Shown here: positions 39,785 through 50,498 of the stretch, in pieces
Position numbering within the stretch: the first letter of the stretch is position 1
Layout: each line of letters starts with the position of its first letter
Assembly: GCA_963838485.1 (NCBI GenBank)
Contig: CAWIRY010000115.1
Location: 74,162-138,161, forward strand
Source: an uncultured delta proteobacterium
GTDB taxonomy: Bacteria; Desulfobacterota; RBG-13-43-22
Direction: 5' to 3'
DNA length: 64,000 nucleotides
Program-made: the position numbers and the translations under genes
Notes under the pieces: generated by a model
The model's database searches: none
What the model saw: only the letters and a program-made list of their open reading frames with translations
What the model was told of the DNA's origin: nothing

Positions 39785-40438
39785 TTAGCGTTCCTTTAAT
39801 TTGTCCCGTTCGAAATCTACAGTAACAGTCTTCCCCTCCTGCACGGTTACTTCCTTGGAGGTCTCCTTGAGCTTCTCATGCCAGACCTTCAGCTTGTAGG
39901 TCCCCGGGGGTACGTTTTTGATCTCATATTTCCCGGTATTGTCAGTTAGGACAAAATAGGGATTTTGTAAGACGATAACATAACCCAGCATCTCGGGGTG
40001 AACATTACAGAGCAGAGGAACCTCGCCAAGGTTATTAAAGGTCACGGTTTTTTTGACACCTGAGCCGTAAAGGCCGAGGTTAAAGCGAGTGGCCGCGCCT
40101 GGAGGGGTGAAGACATTGTGAGCGACCGTGTTATCGTTGGTGAAGTCAACGGTAGTCCCTTTTACGACGGGTAAAACATGGGGGTCAAAAGCCAGGCCTT
40201 TCTGGCTCATAAAAGAATTCTTTTTAGGGGGGGGAAAATCACCTTTCACCTGATCCACATAGACCACGGCCGGGTACCGCTTGACCCAGGGTGTATTGAC
40301 TACCCCTTTGATTATCCCTCCTGCCTGACGGCCTTTGGTTTCCTGGGCCCGGATCGGCAGGACTGTCAAAAAAACCGACAGGAACAAGATAACGGTAATA
40401 CATAAATAAACTCGACTTTTTTTGAAATAGTTGTCCAT
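39785..40438 (-). CDS. Cupredoxin (type-1 copper) + carboxypeptidase-regulatory-like domain protein
   Basis: HNVF...CNVHPEM ligand set; signal peptide. Confidence 0.8.
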   Translation of the reverse strand: MDNYFKKSRVYLCITVILFLSVFLTVLPIRAQETKGRQAGGIIKGVVNTPWVKRYPAVVYVDQVKGDFPPPKKNSFMSQKGLAFDPHVLPVVKGTTVDFTNDNTVAHNVFTPPGAATRFNLGLYGSGVKKTVTFNNLGEVPLLCNVHPEMLGYVIVLQNPYFVLTDNTGKYEIKNVPPGTYKLKVWHEKLKETSKEVTVQEGKTVTVDFERDKLKER

Positions 40439-40526
40439 GGTTTCCCCTCTCGTTAAACCTAATCTTTAAGATTCAGTGTCACCCGGAGGTATTTTTAAAC
40501 TTCATCGGGATGGACCCTTGGACCGG

Positions 40527-41891
40527 TTAAAAAGCAAAATCGAGCTGGAAGGACAGCATGTCGTCAGCCGACTTATCCTGGCCGGCGGCCTCCCGCGGTT
40601 GGTTAATCGTATAATGCATATATTCAACATTGAGCTTTATGTTGGCCCTTATCAAGAAAGCCAGTCCACCGATTATTCGGGCCATATTTTGATCGCCGAC
40701 GTTGTCTTCGGTCAGAGACTCATAGCGGGCATAAGGGATCAACCAGGGAAATACAAAATAGTGCCCCTCGATGAACCAGAGATTTTGCGTGGTGTTCGTG
40801 CTTGATGGTGTTTGGTAAAAAATCGAATATTTCTGCATTCCAAAATAATAAAATGGACTTTTTGTCTCCTCCGCGGTCGAAGTAGTATTCGCCACATTCC
40901 CGGTTTCCCTGATATATCCCGTGCCCAGGGAAAAGTCTTTGTAGTTCAAGCGAAAGTCTCCTCCAAACCGATCAGCCTGGTAGGCATTGACGCCGGTATA
41001 GGCCCGGTAGCCGAAGAGGCCGAAAAGAATCGAGTCGTCCCGCCAGTAACCGGACGGTGAGGTGTTGATCCCCCCCGCCTCAGATTTCGATCCCGAACCG
41101 TCGAAGCCCATCCCGCCGATTTTAAAAGCCAGCCCGCCGTAATAATCCTTGGCGCTGTTGTCAGAATTGGATTGTACTATACCGGCATAGTAGCGCGAAC
41201 GACTGCCGAATCCCTCTACCTGGAAACCGGGTTGAGGCTGCAGGTTGAGCACATCTTGATAGAGGTAATCGTTTATGGTAAAATTATTTTCATCCCTGGA
41301 ATTGGGTAAGGCGATCGATTGCCGGCCCACATTTCCGGCTTTAATGTTCAGATGGTTTTTGCCGAGGAGACTACTGCAAAGGTTCTGCCACATCAGCCAA
41401 ACCAGTCCATTGGTGTTGGTAGTCCCGGCTTCGCTGGTAAAGGCCAGATTCGTGAAAAAGGAGAAGTCCTTCCCTAAGTTACCCGCCGCAAGCAGGTCTA
41501 TCTCTCCTGGGAAGTTGAAGTCGGTATTGTTGGTAGTGGTTCCATTAGCGCTACCGGTATTGACATTCACGCCGCCGGTGGCCCGAATTGAAAGAGGAGG
41601 CATCCCGGGGATGTCGGAGGGCCAGAGAGAATTGGGAAATACTTTTTTGTAGGGCTCGGCCCCCATGCTGACCGGCTGATCCTTGACATAGAGTTCATCG
41701 GCATCAGGCAACTTATAACCGTTCAATCTGAAGGCTTCCCCTAAGGCGGATAGTTTCGGAAAGACGGTGTGGCAGGTCGTACAGGTGGTTTTGTATTTCC
41801 TGGCAAACGCAGGAATAGCCAATGCCTCTTTAGGGTAATGTGCAACAAGAAAGACAGCCAGAAAGATGCTTCCTAATACCATCCTTTTCAT
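40527..41891 (-). CDS. Cyc2-like monoheme cytochrome-porin fusion
   Basis: signal peptide then AIPAFARKY...CTTCH..FPKL..LGEAFRLNGY; beta-strand-rich C-terminus ending QLDFAF. Confidence 0.8.
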   Translation of the reverse strand: MKRMVLGSIFLAVFLVAHYPKEALAIPAFARKYKTTCTTCHTVFPKLSALGEAFRLNGYKLPDADELYVKDQPVSMGAEPYKKVFPNSLWPSDIPGMPPLSIRATGGVNVNTGSANGTTTNNTDFNFPGEIDLLAAGNLGKDFSFFTNLAFTSEAGTTNTNGLVWLMWQNLCSSLLGKNHLNIKAGNVGRQSIALPNSRDENNFTINDYLYQDVLNLQPQPGFQVEGFGSRSRYYAGIVQSNSDNSAKDYYGGLAFKIGGMGFDGSGSKSEAGGINTSPSGYWRDDSILFGLFGYRAYTGVNAYQADRFGGDFRLNYKDFSLGTGYIRETGNVANTTSTAEETKSPFYYFGMQKYSIFYQTPSSTNTTQNLWFIEGHYFVFPWLIPYARYESLTEDNVGDQNMARIIGGLAFLIRANIKLNVEYMHYTINQPREAAGQDKSADDMLSFQLDFAF

Positions 41892-42380
41892 TGTCCCCTC
41901 CTTCATTTACGGTAAGAAGCTTAAGGCCTATTAATTTGCCCATCACTCCTCCGTCCCTAGGGTTTTTGTACTCTGATTAATGCCTTATCCCTTAAGTATC
42001 TCCTTCTTAGTTTTGGTTAAAATTATTCTTTCTCTCTTTAATTGCCGATAGGCACGGTTCTTTCTAAATTATATATCCCGTATTTAATCCAAATCCTCTT
42101 TTAATTCGTAAAATATTTTACAGTAGAAAAGGATAGAGTCAAGAAAAAAAATAATGGATTCATTGTTGTGGAGTGCGAGCATTAGAGCAACCACAAAGAT
42201 TCCAATAAATATGCCTTTAAATATACCACATATCACGAGAAGAAAGGGACTCATAATTTTCTCCCCAAGCAGCAACGTTTCTATTTGTTTCGGCTTAATA
42301 AACCAGATCGGAAACCCGCCTGATCAGTTCCTCCATGGAAAAGGGTTTCTGAAGGGGATTAACTTGGTACTTGTTTTTTT

Positions 42381-43781
42381 GGTTCTTTAGCAAAATTTAT
42401 GGGTAATAAATGGCCCTATAAAAAGGGGTTAACGTTAGACTAAGATAAAAGTGCATCCCGCTCTCAAATCTGGCAAGATGGAAGTTGTGCGAAAACAAAC
42501 CATCGCCAGAGGAGAAACGGGATGCAGATCAAATATATCCTTAATCAGGTTCAAAAGCATAGTGGTTTTGTATATGGTCAAGTTCGATTAAGGAGAAGAC
42601 GAACTCAAATGACCCTGGAGATTGAAATTCGTCCTCGTCAGAACAGCCGCCCGATTTGTTCGGGCTGTGAGAAGAAAGGCCCCGGCTATGACACCTTGCC
42701 GGTCCGATGGTTTCAGTTTGTACCTCTTTGGGGCATAGCTGTTTTTTTCCTTTACGGCCTCCGGCGGGTCGATTGCCCTCGTTGCGGTGTCAAGGTAGAG
42801 CGGGTTCCCTGGGCGCAAGGGAAGAACCATATGACCATCCCCTTTTCCTGGTTCCTGGCTCGCTGGGCTAAGCGACTGAGTTGGAAAGAAACGGCCGAGG
42901 TCTTTCAGACCACCTGGGATAATGTATTTCGCTCGGTTAAGATGGCTGTCGCCTGGGGACTGGCCCATCGAGATCTTGAGAATGTTACGGCTATCGGCAT
43001 TGATGAGATCTTCTGGAAAAAGGGTCCTAAATACCTGACGATGGTCTATCAAATCGATATCGGGTGCCGACGATTACTCTGGATAGGTCAGGAGCGGACC
43101 CAGAAAACCTTACGGGCCTTCTTTGAAGACTTTGGCCCCGAGGCCACGGCCCGGCTTCGCTTCATCTGCAGTGATATGTGGAAACCCTATCTGCGGATAG
43201 TGGCCGAGTTAGCAGGTCAGGCGGTTCATATCTTGGACCGATTTCATATTATGAGTCAAGTGGGTAAAGCCATCGACAAAGTAAGAGCCCAAGAAGCCAA
43301 GCAGCTTAAGGCGAAAGGAGAACAGCCAGTCCTGACTAATAGTCGTTGGTGTTTACTGAAACGGCCAGAAAATTTAACCGACAAACAAACGGTAAAGCTG
43401 AAGGAACTGTTATCCTGCAATCTGAAAACGGTTCGCGCCTACCTCCTCAAGGAGGATCTGCAGCGCTTTTGGAGCTATACCTCCCCGAAATGGGCTGGTC
43501 GATTTCTGGACGAATGGTGTCAAAGAACGACGCGCTCCCGAATCGACCCGATGAAGAAAGTGGCCAAGATGTTACGCAATCACTGGGAGCTTTTGCTCAA
43601 TTGGTTCCGGGTCAAAGATCGAATCGCATTAGGTGCTGTAGAGGGCTTTAACAACAAAGCGAAATTGACCACAAAAAAAGCCTATGGCTTTCGTAGTTAC
43701 GAGGTGATTAAAATCGCTTTATATCACACACTTGGTGATCTGCCCCAGCAAACGGGCTCCCATAAATTTTGCTAATGAACC
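42381..43781 (+). mobile_element. ISL3-family insertion sequence
   Basis: IRs GGTTCTTTAGCAAAATTTATGGG / CCCATAAATTTTGCTAATGAACC; flanks GTTTTTTT / GTTTTTTC. Confidence 0.92.
42522..43775 (+). CDS. ISL3 transposase
   Basis: CSGC/CPRC zinc finger, IGIDE, SDMW, DRFH, EGFNNKAK..AYGFR. Confidence 0.93.
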   Translation: MQIKYILNQVQKHSGFVYGQVRLRRRRTQMTLEIEIRPRQNSRPICSGCEKKGPGYDTLPVRWFQFVPLWGIAVFFLYGLRRVDCPRCGVKVERVPWAQGKNHMTIPFSWFLARWAKRLSWKETAEVFQTTWDNVFRSVKMAVAWGLAHRDLENVTAIGIDEIFWKKGPKYLTMVYQIDIGCRRLLWIGQERTQKTLRAFFEDFGPEATARLRFICSDMWKPYLRIVAELAGQAVHILDRFHIMSQVGKAIDKVRAQEAKQLKAKGEQPVLTNSRWCLLKRPENLTDKQTVKLKELLSCNLKTVRAYLLKEDLQRFWSYTSPKWAGRFLDEWCQRTTRSRIDPMKKVAKMLRNHWELLLNWFRVKDRIALGAVEGFNNKAKLTTKKAYGFRSYEVIKIALYHTLGDLPQQTGSHKFC

Positions 43782-44297
43782 GTTTTTTCTTCTTCCAGGT
43801 GGGAGTAAAACTGTTCCAAGTTATCGCTCATATAGATCGTCTTTACCGTTACCAACCTTAAAAAAAATAGATATCGTTTGTACTAGATAGTTTTCATCCG
43901 GAAATCCAAGATTCCGGATAGCTTTCAGCAGTCAGCGGTCAGCATTTAGCCCAACTCTCGGATGATAAAGGATTTTGCTGAAAGCTAAAAGCTGATTGCT
44001 TAATGCTCCATCCGGAAGAGGATCGTTTCCGGATGGATACTAGATAGGTAGATAAAAAATGGGAATCCCCGCAATTATTTTTTTAATAATAATTAAGCTA
44101 TTTGGTGCTAATTTAATCTTTGACGAAGCCCTCCGGAAGAAGTTACAATAAATCCCATAGATTCGGACCATTAAACGGTAGACCAACTGGGTCTCTACCA
44201 GGGAACAGATTATTTTGGAAAAAATAAGGCCCGAATGATATAGCAGATCATGTTTTTCAAAGAAAAATCTGTTAAACCATAGGTCGGACTTTCAAGG

Positions 44298-44972
44298 ATG
44301 CCCATTATGAGAAAGTTTTTTTATTTTTTAACTTTATCAATCCTGCTTTTAACCCTTTCTTGTGGGGGTGGAGGGTCTTCGAGTGGGGGTGGGAGTCAAA
44401 GCCCTGGTTCCGGCTGGCCAAGCGGAGACTATAATTATCTTAATCAGCATAATGCCAGTTTTAATAATGGTATTATCATTCGCTGGCAAACGCCAATTCT
44501 TGTTAATACTAATGGGATATCGGGGGCTGAGGATTCGATACGGCAATGGGGTTTGCCCTTTACATTCGTTAATTACAATCCCGCTGAGGGAATTACTCTT
44601 AATATTGGCAACCCTGGTCCAGGTGCTTGTGGAGTTACTTATTCCCAATGGAATAGCGCAAATGGCAGAATGGTTTCCGCAAACATCATTATCAGTTCAA
44701 ACCTACAGGGCTGTGTGGGGACAATAACTCACGAGACGGGACATGCCATTGGTTTTGAAAACCATACTACTGACGGAGGTTTAATGGATGCTGACGGAGG
44801 CAATGGTCAGATTACCTCTCCAGTACGGAACATGATTAACTTATTGTATTCTCTCCCAATAGGAACAAATATTACGCCGGTGCTGTCTATGAATAGTCAA
44901 TCTCTTTTACCCCGTTTGGAAACAAGACAGGTTCCCGATGGAGGTAGAATTGTTACCAGGGTGATTCAATGA
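44298..44972 (+). CDS. Matrixin-like zinc metalloprotease lipoprotein
   Basis: LTLSC lipobox-like, HETGHAIGFENH, LM Met-turn. Confidence 0.75.
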   Translation: MPIMRKFFYFLTLSILLLTLSCGGGGSSSGGGSQSPGSGWPSGDYNYLNQHNASFNNGIIIRWQTPILVNTNGISGAEDSIRQWGLPFTFVNYNPAEGITLNIGNPGPGACGVTYSQWNSANGRMVSANIIISSNLQGCVGTITHETGHAIGFENHTTDGGLMDADGGNGQITSPVRNMINLLYSLPIGTNITPVLSMNSQSLLPRLETRQVPDGGRIVTRVIQ

Positions 44973-45403
44973 AAACTACTAGCTTCTTCATAGGATTACT
45001 GGTGATCTTAGGAATGGTAACGGATTGTCTGCCAGAGAATAACCCCCATCCTAATATAGTTATGGGAATAACAGATCTTCAGTGCGACGATGTATGGGAA
45101 GGCGTTCTTAGAATTTTAAAAACTCAAAAAATCCCTCTCTTGGTGGTAGACAAAAAGGCAGAGTATATTGAAACAGGGTCTGTCTTGACCATTCCATTAG
45201 AAGGTGATCTCTTCCAGAAAATGGAGGAACAATACGGCATTGAGATTAAATGTAAAGAACCTCTGGTCACCCAAATAACCTGCCAGATTAAGGTCAGGGG
45301 GTTAACCAATGACAATAACTGGATCGTAGTAAAGGATGTCTTAAAATATGAAATGCGTTTTTTAGATAATCTGAAATTCAATCTCCTTCATTTCTCCCAT
45401 TAG
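44969..45403 (+). CDS. Exported hypothetical protein
   Basis: ATGA overlap with previous gene, N-terminal hydrophobic segment. Confidence 0.6.
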   Translation: MKTTSFFIGLLVILGMVTDCLPENNPHPNIVMGITDLQCDDVWEGVLRILKTQKIPLLVVDKKAEYIETGSVLTIPLEGDLFQKMEEQYGIEIKCKEPLVTQITCQIKVRGLTNDNNWIVVKDVLKYEMRFLDNLKFNLLHFSH

Positions 45404-45956
45404 TTAGTGTCCATCCGGAAATGGGCATTTTTAAGCTTCTGTTTGGGAGTGGAGGGCATCAATTCATTGTGAAAAGTGAATTATCCTACTCAATTTAGAT
45501 GGAATTTATAATTTTTTCGTTATCAAACAAAAAATTGACTTTTTTATGAAACACTACTCCTGTCATCAGCTATCCGCAGCAGTCAGGAAGTTAAGCTTTG
45601 GCCAATTAGCGTTTGGCCAAGAGAGACAGACTGTAAGAGACTACCGCACTCCACACGTATTGCTTAAAAAGATGAACACAAAAAGATGTAGGGTCTTCTG
45701 GAGAAAATTGGACTTTGTAGATCTGGACTTACAAACTGATTACTGTTTTTAATGCAGTACAAAGAGTCAAAATTTAAAAACAATAGTATAGTCATGCATC
45801 TCGACCTTACCGGGAGGCCCTCTTTATGGCCGATCCGGTGCCTCGCATGAAGTAAAAATAGGGACAGCACACGGTTTACTTTGACAAAGAATTGATGGCC
45901 GATTAACAAATAGGCGCTGTCCCTGTTTCCCCATGAGGTTTGATTTCCCGGTGGCT

Positions 45957-46868
45957 TCAAACTCTTTTGGGTGATTGACCCAGAGGTTTGGTTTGTATTA
46001 TTAGCATCGGTTTCGTGGTCTGCTTTATAACCCGGTCGGTCACCGAACCTAATAAAGCTCGACGCCAGCCGGTTAGCCCGTGTGTGGCTATGACGATCAG
46101 ATCCGCATCGTTCTTTTCGGCCAAATCAACGATTTGAACGGACGGCTGCCCGCACTTGACCAAGTGTCGAACCTGGACCTTGGCGGAAATCATCCTTTCG
46201 GATACGGCTTCCAGATTCTTTACGGCGGCCGCTTCCATAGTGGAGACCGATCCCGGAACAAACGGCGGCGACTCCACCACGTGGGCCACCAGCAGCTCAG
46301 CCGAATAATCCCCGGCCAGACTGGCAGCTGATTTGAGGGCTTCGTCTGCCGATTCGCTGAAATCCGTAGGACAGAGAATTTTTCTAATCTTCATAAAGGC
46401 CCTCTCTGCTGATGAACGAGCTGGTGGTTTGGGTTGAATAACCCATACCGGCCGCGTACTCATTTTGATGATCTGCGCTGTCACCGATCCTAAAAGAGCT
46501 TGACGCCAGCCGGTCTGGCCGTAAGGCGCAATCACGATCAAATCCGTCTCATATTCTTCGGCCCACTCCAAGATCTGGATGGCCGGTGAGCCGATTTTGA
46601 CCAGGGCCCTGGCTTTAATCTTGACGGGGATCCCCTTCGTAACCAGTTGTTCCAACCGTTCTTTAGCATCTTCTTCCTTTTGCCGGCAACGCTCCTGGAA
46701 TTGAGCAACCGGGTCGTGACCACCTCCCAGGAGGAGCGGCAGCGAATTTACCACGTGGGCCACCAGCAGCTCAGCCGAATACTCTCCGGCCAGATCGGTA
46801 GCCGATAGCAAGGCTTCGTAGGCCTGATCGCTAAAATCGGTGGGACATAAAATTTTTTTAATATTCAA
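45957..46868 (-). CDS. Tandem universal stress protein
   Basis: two KILCPTDFS...DLIVIA..G.TG....LLGSV domains. Confidence 0.9.
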   Translation of the reverse strand: MNIKKILCPTDFSDQAYEALLSATDLAGEYSAELLVAHVVNSLPLLLGGGHDPVAQFQERCRQKEEDAKERLEQLVTKGIPVKIKARALVKIGSPAIQILEWAEEYETDLIVIAPYGQTGWRQALLGSVTAQIIKMSTRPVWVIQPKPPARSSAERAFMKIRKILCPTDFSESADEALKSAASLAGDYSAELLVAHVVESPPFVPGSVSTMEAAAVKNLEAVSERMISAKVQVRHLVKCGQPSVQIVDLAEKNDADLIVIATHGLTGWRRALLGSVTDRVIKQTTKPMLIIQTKPLGQSPKRV

Positions 46869-46932
46869 ATTAAACCCTCCTTTTTAACGCGTCTAATCTG
46901 TTCCCCCCCATCGCGTATCATGGCTCCTGGCC

Positions 46933-47130
46933 TTATGTAAAGTCCATGGCCAAGTATGTTTTTGAATCACTTCCAGCCCGGCGATGCTGAATGGAGCCAG
47001 TTATCACCTCTTTATAAGCGCTAAGGGTCCCGATGGTCCCTTCCTCATCCTCCCCCATGAGACGGCTGTAACTCTTGACATCGGCGCTGAGGATGGCAGC
47101 GAGCTTGCGCTTGATCTGATCCGGAATCAT
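46933..47130 (-). pseudogene. Class III adenylate cyclase N-terminal fragment
   Basis: KRKLAAILSADVKSYSRLMGEDEEGT then truncates. Confidence 0.75.
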
Positions 47131-47160
47131 AAATTTTTCTCCTTAAGCCAAGGCGGAAAT

Positions 47161-47232
47161 AAAAAACCCCGCCTCCTGAATGAGAACGGGGTTTCCTAAA
47201 TTCCTCCATGTGCTTGCCTCCCTTTAAGGTAA
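47161..47232 (-). ncRNA. Copy of recurrent leader/terminator motif
   Basis: TACCTTAAAGGGAGG..ATGGAGGAA..CCCCGTTCTC..GAGGCGGGG TTTTTT. Confidence 0.45.
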
Positions 47233-47520
47233 CGTGGCGTTGCTGGAAGACAATTTATTAACTTATTCTGATTTTTAGGATATCCACTATTTTACACCAT
47301 TTTATAAAAAGTCAACAGGAATTTTTATTCCCTGAGGGGGACGAACTGAGGTAGGGATTCAAACGAATATCGTTCGTAATCTAGGGATTTTTCACAAATG
47401 GAACTTACATGATTTCAGGAAGAAGCTCTCGTCCTTTAATTTCCTTGATATTTCAATAAATTTGTAATAATAGAGCCAAAAGGTCCAATAGAAAGGACTA
47501 AACTAAAAGGAGGGGAAGCT

Positions 47521-47790
47521 ATGAATAAAGGCGATCTGATCAAGGAATTGGGGAAAGTCGTGTGTACGAAAAAAGAAGCGGAGGCAGCGGTTAATACCAT
47601 CTTGGAGACTATTACAAAGGCCTTAAAGAAAGGCAACAAAGTAACCCTGATTGGTTTTGGCACCTTCAGCGTGACCAAGAGGGCAGCCCGGAAGGGAAGG
47701 AATCCGCAAACAGGTAAGGAGATCAAAATCACCGCCAGAAAGGTCCCCAAGTTTACCCCAGGTAAGGGCCTAAAGGCCGCTGTAAAATAG
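47521..47790 (+). CDS. hup: DNA-binding protein HU
   Basis: MNKGDLI, GFGTFSV..RAARKGRNPQTG. Confidence 0.95.
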   Translation: MNKGDLIKELGKVVCTKKEAEAAVNTILETITKALKKGNKVTLIGFGTFSVTKRAARKGRNPQTGKEIKITARKVPKFTPGKGLKAAVK

Positions 47791-47858
47791 TTTCCCCGTG
47801 ATCGGGGATATGGTCAGTCATGGCCGCCAGCCAATCTAATGCGTCAAGGAGATGGGAG

Positions 47859-48170
47859 ATGGAAAAGATCGGAAATGTTAAGCATCTGAAGCTTGGAGAA
47901 GCTATCAATTTTACTTATAAGGGGAAAGAGGGGATATTGGTAAGAACCAAGCAAGACAAGTTGGTTGCCTACAGCAGGGTTTGCCCCCACGAAGGAGGGA
48001 CCATTGAATGGGATACAGATATTAATAAATTATTGTGTGAATGTCATCTCTCCATTTTCAATGCTGATGATGGTACGGCATATAGATATAGTTCAGTTTT
48101 TAAGAAAATGGATAATTTAACTCCAATCGAACTTAAAATTGAGAGCAACCAGGACATTTACGTTGATTAA
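47859..48170 (+). CDS. Small Rieske-type ferredoxin
   Basis: CPHEG...CECH. Confidence 0.75.
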   Translation: MEKIGNVKHLKLGEAINFTYKGKEGILVRTKQDKLVAYSRVCPHEGGTIEWDTDINKLLCECHLSIFNADDGTAYRYSSVFKKMDNLTPIELKIESNQDIYVD

Positions 48171-48320
48171 TTGATAGTAGCCGTTTTGCTTAGGAAGAAG
48201 ACAAAAGGGAAGAAGGTCCGTCCCTTTTTAAAGGGATGGGCGCTATTTTATTTGATGGCCTCCGCAGAGAATACGAAGTTTGCAATATCTGGCTTTTGGG
48301 GCAAGATAGCTTTTATTGAT

Positions 48321-48887
48321 TTAGCTTTTTTCCCCGACCTCAAAAGCTTTTCCAATAAATGCTCCTATACCATGATAGCGTAAGGTATCCGGACTGAAGA
48401 CAATGGGATGAATTTTTTCGATATCTGGCTTCCCATCATCGTCCAACATACTTTCATCTATTTTAACATCTAAAATCTCACCCACGAAATGTGTGTGCAA
48501 GCCGATCTCGTATTGGTGAATGACCTTGCATTCCAAAATCATTGGAAATTCCCCTACATAAGGAGCATCGACCAATTCAGATTTAACCGGCGTTAGACCG
48601 GTCTCCTTGAATTTATTTACACTTCGGCCAGATGCCATACCAAAATAATCAGCCTCTTTAACAAATTGGACAGACGGAACGCTTAATGTATATGCCTGTC
48701 TCGCTATGATATTGCCATAGGTATACGTGGCCTTGCGAAGGGAAATGGTCACACAAGGGGGGTCGGAACAACAGATTCCGCCCCAGGCAATGGTCATCAC
48801 GTTTGGATTCCCGTTGTTATCATACGATCCCACACACCAGACCGGTGCTGGATAGATGAGTGTCTTTGCGCCAAATGATTTTTTCAT
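48321..48887 (-). CDS. Flavin reductase-like (flavoredoxin)
   Basis: PNVMTIAWGG, ADYFGMASG, LECKV, GLHTHFVGEI. Confidence 0.85.
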   Translation of the reverse strand: MKKSFGAKTLIYPAPVWCVGSYDNNGNPNVMTIAWGGICCSDPPCVTISLRKATYTYGNIIARQAYTLSVPSVQFVKEADYFGMASGRSVNKFKETGLTPVKSELVDAPYVGEFPMILECKVIHQYEIGLHTHFVGEILDVKIDESMLDDDGKPDIEKIHPIVFSPDTLRYHGIGAFIGKAFEVGEKS

Positions 48888-49277
48888 GGGGTTCAATCCT
48901 TTCATTTTTCTCAATTCTTCAAAGGCGGTCCTCTAATTAAACGTCAGATGCCATATAATATGGAAATTTGAGGAAGCAATTCTTCGGATAGCTCCTAGCC
49001 CGTCAAATCTTTTCTTGATCTTCTCGATTATTCTTTAGACCTTTCCAAGAGGTCCCGGATAACAGGCATTACATGGATGTCACCGAGGTCGAACTGCTTT
49101 AAGGCCTCTATGGCGACTCCGATCTTCTCTTTGGTTGTGGCCTGGGAGTCGATAATCAGAACCATCCATTCCTCTTTGATAGAGCCCTGCACGAAAATAA
49201 ACCTTGTCAAAACGGCGAGTTTCGGATGAAAGCCGATTAAGTGACAGGTAGCTAAAAACTCCGGAGACAGTTGGCAA

Positions 49278-49931
49278 CTATCTCACTGTATAACCTCGCC
49301 CATCCATGCAGGCGTCGAAGGCCCGGAAGAACTCTCCGCCCTTCTGGGCTAATTGGGCCTCAGATAGTCCCTGGGGTGGTGGCTTAGTCACGTCAACCCC
49401 AGTCTGGCTCGTTGCCCAGACCTGGCATTCATCACGGTCCTTTGCCTGCTGCTCTTGACTCTGCCCTTGGCGGGGGTAGATAAAAGGCTGGCTTCCCCCA
49501 GGAGGAGGTTGGCCTACATTACTCGGAGGTGGATTATAATTTTCTGGAGGGGGTGGAGGATAATAATAGTCTGAAGGGGGATAGTAGTCATAAGCTGGAG
49601 GATAGTAATAGGGCCAACCCCAATACCAATATAAGCCTGGTCCCCAGTATACCCCAGTATAATAGCGGCCCCCACCGCCATAATATCCCCTGCCATAGTA
49701 TCCGCCTCCGTAATGTCCTCCGCCATAATATCCTCCACCATGGCCATCGTAGTCTCCATGACCACCGCCGCTATAGTCCCCTCCATGACTACCGCCTCCA
49801 TAACTACCACCACTGTAGCCTCCTCCAGGGCTTCCGCTGTGACCTCCGCCGCCGCCGTCATGAGCAAACGCCGGGAAGGTAATGGGCAAAATAAAAACTA
49901 TCGCAACCAACATAATTTTTAATGTCTTCAT
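49278..49931 (-). CDS. Exported Gly/Tyr/Pro-rich protein
   Basis: signal peptide, GGY repeats, YPRQGQS.EQQ.KD..EC..WA...ACMDGRGYTV. Confidence 0.75.
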   Translation of the reverse strand: MKTLKIMLVAIVFILPITFPAFAHDGGGGGHSGSPGGGYSGGSYGGGSHGGDYSGGGHGDYDGHGGGYYGGGHYGGGYYGRGYYGGGGRYYTGVYWGPGLYWYWGWPYYYPPAYDYYPPSDYYYPPPPPENYNPPPSNVGQPPPGGSQPFIYPRQGQSQEQQAKDRDECQVWATSQTGVDVTKPPPQGLSEAQLAQKGGEFFRAFDACMDGRGYTVR

Positions 49932-50143
49932 ATTCTCAATCCTTTTTTGTTCTTATTACAAATAGACGACAAGAAATTTAATTTGTTAAATCCTTGGTCC
50001 ATAGTTACATATTTAGTTGGATACCTGTGGCAAGCCTTGCGGTCATTTTGTAAAAAATATCATAACATGATGAAATAATATACTATTTCATTAAAAATGC
50101 GTATTTTTATTCATATTTACTTAATAAATTCAATAAATTAAGC

Positions 50144-50470
50144 CAAGCGGACCTCTCGGTTCTCCTGATCGGGGATATCGGGACCAACAAGACCGAAGGG
50201 GCCAAGACCATCGCCAAGGCGGTGCTAGGGCCGGAGATCAGTTTCAGACACTACGAAGTACCAACCCTTAACTTTGACGACCTGGTGGGCTTCCTCAATC
50301 CCAAGTCTTTGGCCAAAGGCAAGCTGGAGTTCGTCCCCACCCCCTTCTCGATCTGGAAGGCGGAGGCGGCTTTGTTTGATGAAATCAACCGGGCCAACCC
50401 CTTTATCCAGTCCAAGCTTCATGAACTCATCAGGACCCGCCAAGTCATGGGGCTGTCGACCAGGCTTAAA
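50144..50470 (+). pseudogene. MoxR/AAA ATPase fragment
   Basis: VLLIGDIGTNKT (degenerate Walker A), LFDEINRA; both ends missing. Confidence 0.6.
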
Positions 50471-50498
50471 GAAATCCTTCAAAAAATGTCAATTAATT

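Larger units (their letters stand above)
42295..43850 (-). pseudogene. Receiver-domain remnant interrupted by ISL3
   Basis: joined flanks read VKTIYMSDN..EEEKNKYQVNPLQKPFSMEELIRRVSDLVY*. Confidence 0.5.

Noticed and set aside
49028-49277. Two short overlapping ORFs
   Set aside because: Likely a broken gene fragment; family not identifiable by eye
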